Source of the DNA: Calditrichia bacterium
GTDB taxonomy: Bacteria > Calditrichota > Calditrichia > JAJRVZ01
Length of the DNA: 64,000 bases
Direction of reading: 5' to 3'
NCBI GenBank assembly: GCA_963796965.1
Contig: CAWCNS010000005.1
Location: 64,001-128,000, forward strand
Under the pieces are notes generated by a model. The model was given only the letters and a program-made list of their open reading frames with translations. It searched no databases and was not told where the DNA came from. A program made the translations under genes and the position numbers. The first letter of the stretch is position 1. Every line of letters starts with the position of its first letter. Positions 20,902 through 29,922 of the stretch are shown here, piece by piece.

Positions 20902-21228
20902 GGTCTGAGTCCTGGCCTGATTTGCAAATGGAAAAAGAAATGAAACTAAAACTAAAAAATATATATAGATCGTAAAACATAAGTCCTCTTATTGTGTTTA
21001 GGCTTTACCGTAATATGTTCAACTCGTATTTATGAAACTAAATTTCCTGACTGAAGACTATTTCAATGTTTATTTTAGATAAATATAGAAGTTACTATAA
21101 GATCTGGAGGCGAAATCGGGTGTGAAGGTGTGATGCTTTTTCTGTTGGAACTGGAGGGGACTTTCTCTGCTTCTTCAATTATTTTTATTCTGAGTTACAT
21201 GTTGGTTGTTTAATCAATGGGAGAAAAT

Positions 21229-21260
21229 AAAACAGGGGTCTGAAAACTCAAACCCCTGTT
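21229..21260 (-). terminator. Intrinsic terminator
   Basis: AACAGGGGTTTGA-GTTT-TCAGACCCCTGTTTTATTTT on the minus strand. Confidence 0.8.
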
Positions 21261-21420
21261 AGTTGAATTAAGGAAACTCCAAAAGGCTTCGCTAGCAACC
21301 TTTAATGGAGGTTCCTATAAAAGATCGTGAATTGATAGGATCACCTCCTTCCTACAGGGAGTGGATCTTCACGCCAAAAACTGCCCTGTTTAGTTTACGG
21401 CGCAGCGTCATTTAATGACT
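21229..21420 (-). ncRNA. Candidate structured small RNA or sORF mRNA with a perfect extended SD
   Basis: Four consecutive hairpins plus a terminator; AAGGAGGTGATCC at 21350-21338. Confidence 0.55.
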
Positions 21421-21760
21421 TTTTATAATCGTTACAGCTAATATCAGTAGTTCTTATCTAATTATCGGATGCTTTTCCGTAAAAAATAAGTGATTTATAA
21501 TTTAAAGCCAATATTTTTCTTTTTTTATTCCCTATTTGAGTCATTTTCCTGGAATTCAATTTCGAATTATTATACAGTCATCCTATTATCGGGAATTTGT
21601 GTGAGGGTAATGCCATTGAAAAGAACCAACAAATATTGCTGAAACGGCGGAAAATTTTTATTGCTGAACCTATCAGGGTAATAAAACATGATTTAGATAA
21701 AAAAATGTTTATTTTGATTGTCAGATTGAGTAAATAGCGTCTTTCTGAAACTAGCGTAGG

Positions 21761-22663
21761 ATGCAAATGAATAAAGGTTACCTGGCTGCTTTTACGGCTT
21801 ATATTGTCTGGGGGCTGTCACCGATCTACTGGAAAATTGTTTCCACTGTGCCGGCTCTGGAAATCCTGGGTTTACGCATATTTTGGTCAATACCGTTACT
21901 GCTGATAGTGCTTTGGATACGACGTGATTTCTCCGCTTACAAGTTAGTTCTGGGTGCGCCGGGCAGATATAAAGTGTTTCTGCTTAGTCCGTTCCTGTTA
22001 GCGACAAACTGGCTGATCTGGATCTGGTCGGTCAATAATAACCATGTGGTAGATGCCAGTTTGGGATATTTTATCAATCCACTGATCAATGTGGCCCTGG
22101 GCGTGGTCTTTTTGCATGAACGGCTGCGGCGGGTACAATGGCTGGCGCTGGGATTGGCATTGATTGGCGTTCTTTATCTGACCCTCAATTACGGGCAGTT
22201 CCCCTGGATTGCTCTGACCCTGGCCGGATCATTTAGTTTATATGGCTATTTGCGAAAAACCGCCCGGCTTGGTGCGATCGATGGCCTTGCAATCGAAGTA
22301 TTGATGATGATCATTCCGTTGCTGGCTTTAATAGGGTATCTGTATAATGCTGGCAACCTGACCGTTCCTCGTCTCGATCTTCAAATGCATGGTTGGTTGT
22401 CACTTTCCGGCGTTATTACTGTGTTCACGTTGGTGGTATTTGCCTATGGTGCGCGTAAAATCCCCTACAGCACGTTAGGTTTTATTCAGTATATCGCACC
22501 GACGATGCAGTTTCTCCTTGGAATTTATCTTTTTAATGAAGTATTCAGCATTGAGAAATTGATCGGGTTCGTTTTTATCTGGGTGGCCTTGATCATCTAT
22601 TCTTTAGAGAATCTGTATTTTATAAACCGAAAGAGGGTTTTGGTTGCATCCCCGGTTAAATAA
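21761..22663 (+). CDS. rarD: EamA-family transporter RarD
   Basis: AYIVWGLSPIYWK, DASLGYFINPL and LGFIQYIAPTMQF motifs. Confidence 0.92.
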   Translation: MQMNKGYLAAFTAYIVWGLSPIYWKIVSTVPALEILGLRIFWSIPLLLIVLWIRRDFSAYKLVLGAPGRYKVFLLSPFLLATNWLIWIWSVNNNHVVDASLGYFINPLINVALGVVFLHERLRRVQWLALGLALIGVLYLTLNYGQFPWIALTLAGSFSLYGYLRKTARLGAIDGLAIEVLMMIIPLLALIGYLYNAGNLTVPRLDLQMHGWLSLSGVITVFTLVVFAYGARKIPYSTLGFIQYIAPTMQFLLGIYLFNEVFSIEKLIGFVFIWVALIIYSLENLYFINRKRVLVASPVK

Positions 22664-22835
22664 GGTAATGTCATCCCGATGAAATCAAGATATAAAAAAT
22701 AGGATTAAAAGCTGGAACCATCCCGTGTCAGCTTGGCTCCGCCAGTCTTTACGGGACAGGCAGAATCCTCAGAGAAATACTCTTACGATTATTATTTGCT
22801 AATAAATTTAATCAAATTGTTATAATCTATTTGAA

Positions 22836-22949
22836 AACCACGGAATCACACGGAAAAATTCACGGAATTAATTTCTGATTAATTTAAACTATACAAATAG
22901 TAATGGATTTTTCTTATAATTCCGTGTCCTTCTGTGTTATTCCGTGGTT
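22836..22949. repeat. Inverted-repeat element with triplet CACGGAA ends
   Basis: AACCACGGAATCACACGGAAAAATTCACGGAA ... TTCCGTGTCCTTCTGTGTTATTCCGTGGTT. Confidence 0.8.
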
Positions 22950-23046
22950 AAACAATTTTTTTTAAAACCCCGTATTGTTATTACCTGAGAAAATGACGAT
23001 AACCAATCTGCTTACTACTCGTCCATGGAAATGCTGATACGTATCT

Positions 23047-24412
23047 TTAATACAATGAGAAATTTTTCTCGGTACCGAGGGGTATACCGGCTATTCTCCG
23101 GCCATTCTCGTTCTTAAATATATAGATCTCACTGGCGGGAACGGAATGAAAAAGCAAATCCGGCACACCGTTGCCAGTAAAGTCACCTTTATAGGACTGG
23201 ATATTATTTTTTGTCGCCGGTATGTCAAATACTCCCGTTTTCCTGCCTGTACAATCGATTAATGCCCGTGTTTGTGAGATTTGGACAAGATCATTTCCTG
23301 TGCCATCCCAATCAATCGTGAGGTGCCGTCGGCTTCTATCGGCCATAATCTGACCCAGCCATTCTCCATCCTCACTCAGAACCCAGGTCGGACTTTCGCC
23401 CCATGGGCGGTGATCGATATCCACAACAACCTGTTGACCCGTCACATCGGGGCATACCATGCCCACATGAATTGACTCAAAATGGTGCCCCGTTTTTGAC
23501 CAGATCACTTTCCCATTTCCATCCAGCATAGCAACACAATAATCACCGCAGCAGGTGATGACGATCCGTGTATCTTCCGCTGTCTTACCCTGGTGGAAAA
23601 CCCGGGCACAGTCCAAATGACCTTTACCCAGTGAAAGTGGCTGATCACGGAGATCCCAACGGACGGTTCCATCCGGATTTAGCAAGGCATATCCGGCCAT
23701 GATCTCATCCTTTCCATCGCCATCGATATCGATGGGAACCGGCTGGTGCGCTGTTCTGTAACCGGCAGGCCTTTCAATTGTCCACAAAAGATCTCCTCTA
23801 TAACTATAAGCCCAAATCTGTTCATAACGTGTTTTAACCAGGATATCCGCTGCCTGTTTATTTCCTGACAGGTTTGCGAAAACAACGCAGTCAGATGCGT
23901 GCTTCGGAATTGGAAAACGGTGTTTCTCTTTCCCACTCGCTCCTTCAAGGATAACGACGGCACCTTTGGTCGCAACGATCACCTCATTATTTCCATCTCC
24001 GTCCCAGTCATGGATTTGGCAGGCCACATCGTGATGAAGGATATTACGCCCGATTTGTGGATTGCCCCAGCGCCAAAGCACCTTCCCATCAAGACGGTGG
24101 ACAACAACGGAACAGGTGTAATGATTGTCATTCTCATCAACATTGCGTGCACTAACGATTTCCGGTTGGCCGTCACCATTAACATCACCGGCAATTATCC
24201 AGGAACCGGCATAATCAGGATCGAGGCTGATCTGTTTCCAGGGTTTTATGAGAGGGCAATTTGTATCGGATAGATCATTCGCCCGCACATCAAATAATCG
24301 AGGTTTTTCATTTATTCCTGCGGCAATGTTCAGACCGGGGAGTGAAAAGAGCTGCCAATCCCAGGCCAGTTGTTTTTAGAAATTCACGACGATTAGGGTA
24401 CTGTAAACCCAT
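23047..24412 (-). CDS. Tat-exported FG-GAP-like repeat protein (PL11-like propeller motifs), frameshift near 24338
   Basis: GDVNGDGQPEI, DWDGDGNNEV and DIDGDGKDEI repeats; HQP and GHLD. Upstream GGAG RBS and MGLQYPNRREFLKTTGLGLAA lie in an adjacent frame. Confidence 0.75.
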
Positions 24413-24833
24413 TTTTAATTCTCCTGTATATGCGCCAGGTAATGTCATCCTAATATTTCCAGACAATTAGAATTACCCTGGTTTGTTCAATGATGCTAAT
24501 CTTCTTAAATACTGAGTCTTTTATTACAAGACAAAGGAATCATAAAATTACAAATTACGAGAAAAACCCTGTAAACTGTTGCATGTATTGACTTTGCGTT
24601 CTCTGCGAACTCAGCGTTTATTAACAATTCTTTATTCTATCTCTTAATAAATACATCCTAGAAGCTAATATGATTTTAAATCAATATAAAAAATATCCGG
24701 CAAATAATCCGAACTTTTCCTGCGAAAATTTGCACAAGTCCTAGACGTTGAATTTAATATTTGACGAACGCATTTCTTTTACATTCCCTTTCTGAAAAAT
24801 ATATTAAAATAGCAATCTATTAAATAACAGATA

Positions 24834-24980
24834 ATCCCTAATTATTATCTTGAATCGTGTCATAAAGAACTTCCAGAATTTCAGAATATTAAACTACTCA
24901 CAGTGCGTGGAAGTTTAAAATATCGATTGTGGGATGAAGAAAACAACAGGCTGGTAGGATATAATTATTTAAGAGGTTGA
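24834..24980 (+). pseudogene. Orphan 3' fragment of a second fatty acid desaturase
   Basis: IPNYYLESCHKELPEFQNIK...YRLWDEENNRLVGYNYLRG* aligns to the end of 18863-19843 with a 3-codon deletion. Confidence 0.85.
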
Positions 24981-25032
24981 TCAGAATTCTCTTTTGCGGT
25001 CTTAATTTTCTCCTGAAGGATACTAATCAAGT

Positions 25033-25068
25033 AAAAAAAAAGACCCCGGTCTATTCAACCGAGGTCTT
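25033..25068 (-). terminator. Intrinsic terminator of the csp gene
   Basis: AAGACCTCGGT-loop-ACCGGGGTC followed by T9 on the minus strand. Confidence 0.85.
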
Positions 25069-25087
25069 AAATGGTTTTTAGAAATTA

Positions 25088-25288
25088 CTATATTCCTTTG
25101 ACATTTGTTGCTTGAAGACCCTTAGAACCTTCTTCAACACCAAATGATACTTTGTCACCTTCCTCGAGCGATTTGTATCCATCACCTTCGATTGAACGGT
25201 AATGAACAAATACATCTTCACCTTCATCTCGAGAGATAAATCCATATCCCTTTGAGCTGTTAAACCATTTGACAATTCCTGTTTCCAT
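25088..25288 (-). CDS. cspA: Cold-shock protein (CspA family)
   Basis: GIVKWFN, KGYGFI (RNP1) and DVFVHY (RNP2); 66 aa. The paralogue letter is uncertain. Confidence 0.93.
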   Translation of the reverse strand: METGIVKWFNSSKGYGFISRDEGEDVFVHYRSIEGDGYKSLEEGDKVSFGVEEGSKGLQATNVKGI

Positions 25289-25476
25289 TGTAAAACCTCA
25301 CTTATTAAAATAACACTTGTGTACTACATATCTTTCAGACGATTCCAAACAAAAAAAAATCGCTTCAAACAGTCAAAAGTACTGTTTTCCACGAGTTCTT
25401 TACGGTTATAACAGCGTTTATTCAAAAGCATTACTACCAGTACAGAAAGGCAGAAAAAACATCGTACAATAATTGA

Positions 25477-25505
25477 ATCATAACCTTACTACATATAATT
25501 GCCAA
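25477..25505 (-). promoter_or_regulatory. Putative sigma70 promoter of csp, implying a ~180-nt 5' UTR
   Basis: TTGGCA-17 bp-TATGAT on the minus strand. Confidence 0.55.
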
Positions 25506-25982
25506 AAGCAAGTATTATTTATTATTTGTTACTAATGGACAAAGAAACGATGTCTCTCGTTTAACCTTAGTGCACTTCTCCCATATAATTACGACTTACT
25601 GATTTAACCTTTATTGAATTACTCTCTCAAGTTTTTGTAAACTACAGATTTTGCCTGCGTTATACTTCCTGCTTAAAAGGTTTCAGGACAATCCTTATGA
25701 ACAATAAGATTAGGTTTGATAACTTAATACATCTATTTTGACTCAATAGGGTGGATATATAAATTAATGAAAATCGTCCGAATAGAATCTTAAATATATT
25801 CACTCCAGAATTAAATTTGTATACAATTTATACTTTTTTTTGCCTCTTCAGTCAAATTGTTATATTTTTTCATTATAATCTAATTATTTCTAAAGCATAT
25901 TAAGTTCCTAAGAGAATATTTTCTTCCGGCTCCGAAGAATTCTTGGTATATGTAAAAGCGCATTTAATTAAGGTGATCTTGT

Positions 25983-26640
25983 ATGAATAATTCTATTCGT
26001 CTGTTTATTGCCGATGACAATCATCTGCTCCGCGAAGGGTTGGCCTTCATGTTAGCGGAAATTGATGATATCACTGTTGTAGGTATGGCCACCAGCGGTA
26101 AGCAGGCTCTGGATCAGATTAAACAGCTTCTCCCCGATATAGCTCTTATTGACATTGGAATGTCCGACAAAAATGGTCTCGATGTGACCCAGGAATTACA
26201 CAAAGATTTACCCACCGTGAGAGTCATTATTCTAGGTATGCCTGATTTAACCGATGAGATCATGTCTTGTATTGAAGCCGGGGCCGCCGGATATGTGCTA
26301 AAAGAAGCATCGTTTGAATACCTTCTCGAATCTATACGGTCAGTGCATCGTGGGGAGTCATTCTGCTCGCCCCGCATGGCTGCTTCCTTGTTCTCCCGTG
26401 TGGCCGAGTTAGCAGGCGAACGCATACCGGAAAGTTCTGTAAAACTAACGCCGCGCGAGGTAGAAGTAATTAACAAAATTGCTGACGGATTGTCCAACAA
26501 GGAAATTGCAGGACAATTATTTATTGAAGAACAAACCGTCAAAAATCACATCCATAATATCCTCGATAAACTACAGACTTCAAAACCGCCTCGAAGCGGT
26601 CCAATATGCACGGGAAAGAAAATTGCTGAACAATAAATGA
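25983..26640 (+). CDS. NarL/LuxR-family response regulator (C-terminal frameshift)
   Basis: Receiver (IADD, LIDIGM) plus LTPREVEV...GLSNKEIA...TVKNH HTH. The alternate frame gives LQNRLEAVQYARERKLLNNK*. Confidence 0.9.
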
Positions 26641-26841
26641 ATCCTACCCAGGGAGTAATAAAGTACTAGTACTATTAGGCCCAAAATCCCAAAAAGATCT
26701 ACTGAAAAATTAGTCCCTCTCTAAACCTCTTTTAGACCTTTGTGTCCATAGCAATCTATTTAGCATTGTTTATATTGTTTTGTAAACCCCAAAGAAGGCA
26801 AAATTGATTGATAGTAACTTCCAATACAATTGAAAGAACTG

Positions 26842-27144
26842 ATGGTAAGCCATATAGACAAAAAATCATATTTAGATAGAAGGACGGAGCAACTCAGGCA
26901 ATGGGAGCCGATATTAGGAAAATTGATCTTAAGGGCAGAAAAGGCTCCAAATAAAAGCGAAACAGAGCTTCACCATCATATAATAAAAATACAGGTAAAA
27001 AAGGCAAGGATTGAGGCTAAACTGAAAGCGCTCCGGAAAGCTGGGAAAGGTGAGTGGGATGATCTCAAAATTGGTTTTGAGAATAGTTGGAAAGACCTGC
27101 GCCAGGCGTTTTTAAAATCTTCGGCTGATCATAATAAGGATTAA
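26842..27144 (+). CDS. Small coiled-coil hypothetical (stress-response-like) protein
   Basis: QLRQWE...WDDLKIGFENSWKDLRQAF pattern. Confidence 0.6.
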   Translation: MVSHIDKKSYLDRRTEQLRQWEPILGKLILRAEKAPNKSETELHHHIIKIQVKKARIEAKLKALRKAGKGEWDDLKIGFENSWKDLRQAFLKSSADHNKD

Positions 27145-27289
27145 AGTGGAAATTTTGGGAAAAGAGGGAAATCTATTAAGGTGACCTGTTCTCATTCGAG
27201 TCTTCAACTATAGAAGGGGCCATAATAGATGTATTTTTATGCTAATCTGTTTCTTTTGTGCATAATTACCTCTGAAAGAACACTATAAT

Positions 27290-27667
27290 ATGCGAAAAAT
27301 TAAAGTTATGTTAGCGAGCAGGCCAAAGTTACTGTCAGAAGTAATTCGAAATTTTATTAATCATCAACCGGATATGACGGTTGTCGGCGAAGTTTTTGAC
27401 CCACTTCAACTCTTGCTTGCTTTTGAACAAACACCGGTGGATGTGGTTATCATTACACCTTTAAATGCAAACGGGGAACCCAAAATATGTCATCGGTTGT
27501 TAGCAGAACATCCCCAGTTAAAAATTGTGACACAGTCAGCAAAAGGTGAAGCCGCCTATTTGTACCAATCAGGTGAGCAAAAGAAACGAATCGACAAGCC
27601 GTCCGGTAAGTCCATTCTGGTCGCTATCCGCCAGGCGTTGAAGCTGGTGGGTAGTTTATTATTGTGA
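27290..27667 (+). CDS. Stand-alone degenerate receiver-like protein
   Basis: IKVMLA...QPDMTVVGE...VDVVII receiver-like fold lacking the canonical acidic residues. Confidence 0.6.
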   Translation: MRKIKVMLASRPKLLSEVIRNFINHQPDMTVVGEVFDPLQLLLAFEQTPVDVVIITPLNANGEPKICHRLLAEHPQLKIVTQSAKGEAAYLYQSGEQKKRIDKPSGKSILVAIRQALKLVGSLLL

Positions 27668-27724
27668 TAATATACTTTTATATTAAGTAATGGTGTGTTT
27701 AGTTGAATAGTGAGGAGTTATACA

Positions 27725-27973
27725 ATGAGTCTTTTATTATGGTTCCTGTTGATAGGATTGGGTGTGGGATTGTTAGTATGGCAGTTCGTAAAGGGAGGAA
27801 AATATGGCCTTCTCGGTGATATTGTGGTCGGTGTGATAGGAGCGGTGGTAGGGGGCATTCTGTACCGCGCGATAGGCATCCCGACCAGTGACGATTTGCT
27901 TAATAATTTGATCGCCGCGATCATTGGTGCTCTTGGTTTGTTGCTTCTATTGCGTCAATTCATGCGAGCGTAG
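27725..27973 (+). CDS. GlsB/YeaQ/YmgE (transglycosylase-associated) membrane protein
   Basis: GLLGDIVVGVIGAVVGG and AIIGALGLL motifs. Confidence 0.85.
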   Translation: MSLLLWFLLIGLGVGLLVWQFVKGGKYGLLGDIVVGVIGAVVGGILYRAIGIPTSDDLLNNLIAAIIGALGLLLLLRQFMRA

Positions 27974-28081
27974 TTGCCGGCCTATTAATGAGTAAGAATT
28001 GTTACATCCAGCAATAGGGTTAAGCCAATAATAATTTTTTTTAAATAATTATTTCATTGTCAATAAGAAGGGGAGCATATT

Positions 28082-28210
28082 ATGGGCGATAAAGGCAAGA
28101 AGGACCAGAATAAGAAAGATAAGCAAAAATCAAAAAAACAGGCCGACATAGCGAAGAAGAAAAAAAATAAACAGGAAAGAGATTCTGCCGAGGGACCGTT
28201 TGGAAAATAG
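28082..28210 (+). CDS. 42-aa lysine-rich small protein
   Basis: GGGGAG RBS then MGDKGKKDQNKKDKQKSKKQADIAKKKKNKQERDSAEGPFGK*; below the ORF-track length cutoff. Confidence 0.65.
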   Translation: MGDKGKKDQNKKDKQKSKKQADIAKKKKNKQERDSAEGPFGK

Positions 28211-28410
28211 AGCACAGAAAATCCCGCTACTGGGGAATATTGGCTGTAGCATGGGTACACCTTACCGTTTTACTAAAAGATAACCCTCAATTAGATCACA
28301 GAATGTGATTTGTAAAAAGTTCTCGTCTGTCAAAACTGATGGATTCATCATTAGTGATGGAGGGAAGTTCTTTCTCAAATGTGTAATCAAAGTTCAAGAG
28401 GAAAGTCGTC

Positions 28411-29844
28411 ATGGGTAATATTCTTTTTATCGAACCAAGATCACCTAACATTCATATCTTCTCACAATTTACACTGCCGAGGCTTGGCGCTTTTATCCTG
28501 GGTGCAATTGTTAAAGAAAAAGGGTGGGAAGCTAAAATTATTATCGAACAGTCTGAAAAGATTGATTTTGAGAAAATTAAAAGTTACGATATGGTCGGCT
28601 TATCAACCATCACAGCCACAGCTCCCCGGGCATATGCGATTGCAGACAGGATACGGTCTTTAAGTATCCCGGTTATTATTGGAGGACCACACGTTACGTT
28701 TCTCCCGGATGAGGCTCTGGAACACGCTGATTATGTGATTCGCGGAGAGGCTGAGGAGGCGCTTATCAGTTTCCTTGATATATGGGAGAATGGCAGGAAT
28801 TTCTCCACAGTGCCGAACCTGTCCTATTCCGTTGGCGGTAAAACTTTCCACAATCCGATAAAACCCCTTTTAAGATCATTAGATACAAATCCATATCCGG
28901 ACTTTAACATGTCCCAATATGTTAAAATAAAGATAGATGGCAGAACTACCATCCCTGTCCAGACATCCAGAGGTTGTCCCTTTCATTGTTCATTCTGTTC
29001 GGTTACCGGAATGTTTGGGAAATCTTACCGCTTCCGTTCTACTGACAATGTCATAAAGGAACTGTACCGGTACGATCCGAAGATTAATTCCATATTCTTT
29101 TATGACGACAATTTTACAGCAAACCGAAAACGGGCCAAAAATTTATTACATCGAATGATTGCTGAGAAATTAGGATTTGTTTGGTCTACGCAGGTGCGAG
29201 CTGATATCACCAAAGATATTGAACTTGTCAGACTAATGAAAAAGGCGGGGTGCCACACGGTGTATGTGGGTATGGAGTCAATCAATCCGAATAGTCTTAA
29301 ATCCATGAAGAAACAACAAACGGTTGAAGAAATGACTCAAGCAATGAAAATATTCCGTCAGGAAAGCATCAATGTCCACGGTATGTTTGTTTATGGATTC
29401 GACGATGATGACTGGCAGACTGTAAAAGAAACAATCCGGTTTGCCAAGAAGGCAAAGTTTTCTTCAACACAATTCATGATCTTGACACCACTTCCCGGAT
29501 CCGAATTTTTCAACAAGGTTAGGCGCGAAAATCGCATTCAGTTCCATGATTGGGGGCTTTACGATGCACATCATGCTGTGTTCAAGCCCAAACGACTTTC
29601 ACTTTTTGAACTCCAGCGGGCCCAAATCTTCAGTCATTCAAAGTTCTATTCGGTCTTTGAACTGATCAGCAGGGCAATGTCGTTTGCCTGGGTTGAATTC
29701 GCTATAGCCATTTATGCACGTAAAATTAACCGGTTATGGCAGAAACAAAACAAGGCGTTCATGAGAATTGTGGAGCGACACCAATCAAATATAGATATGA
29801 AAATCCAAACCGATTATCGGGAATCTGTCATGTTAGAGGATTAG
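28411..29844 (+). CDS. B12-binding-domain radical SAM protein
   Basis: IIGGPHVT, RGEAE, and TSRGCPFHCSFC (CxxxCxxC). Confidence 0.92.
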   Translation: MGNILFIEPRSPNIHIFSQFTLPRLGAFILGAIVKEKGWEAKIIIEQSEKIDFEKIKSYDMVGLSTITATAPRAYAIADRIRSLSIPVIIGGPHVTFLPDEALEHADYVIRGEAEEALISFLDIWENGRNFSTVPNLSYSVGGKTFHNPIKPLLRSLDTNPYPDFNMSQYVKIKIDGRTTIPVQTSRGCPFHCSFCSVTGMFGKSYRFRSTDNVIKELYRYDPKINSIFFYDDNFTANRKRAKNLLHRMIAEKLGFVWSTQVRADITKDIELVRLMKKAGCHTVYVGMESINPNSLKSMKKQQTVEEMTQAMKIFRQESINVHGMFVYGFDDDDWQTVKETIRFAKKAKFSSTQFMILTPLPGSEFFNKVRRENRIQFHDWGLYDAHHAVFKPKRLSLFELQRAQIFSHSKFYSVFELISRAMSFAWVEFAIAIYARKINRLWQKQNKAFMRIVERHQSNIDMKIQTDYRESVMLED

Positions 29845-29922
29845 AAAAACCCTGAATAGAAATGTTTTTCTAACACAGTACTTTAATTAAAAATCCCAAT
29901 TTAATATTCTTAGAGAAGAGAT

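Noticed and set aside
21338..21350. 16S rRNA gene 3' end
   Set aside because: Only the 13-mer GGATCACCTCCTT matches; the upstream 16S sequence (e.g. AAGTCGTAACAAGG) does not precede it.
24834..24980. DGR template repeat for the desaturase 3' end
   Set aside because: Differences are largely third-position and not adenine-specific, and no reverse transcriptase is present.
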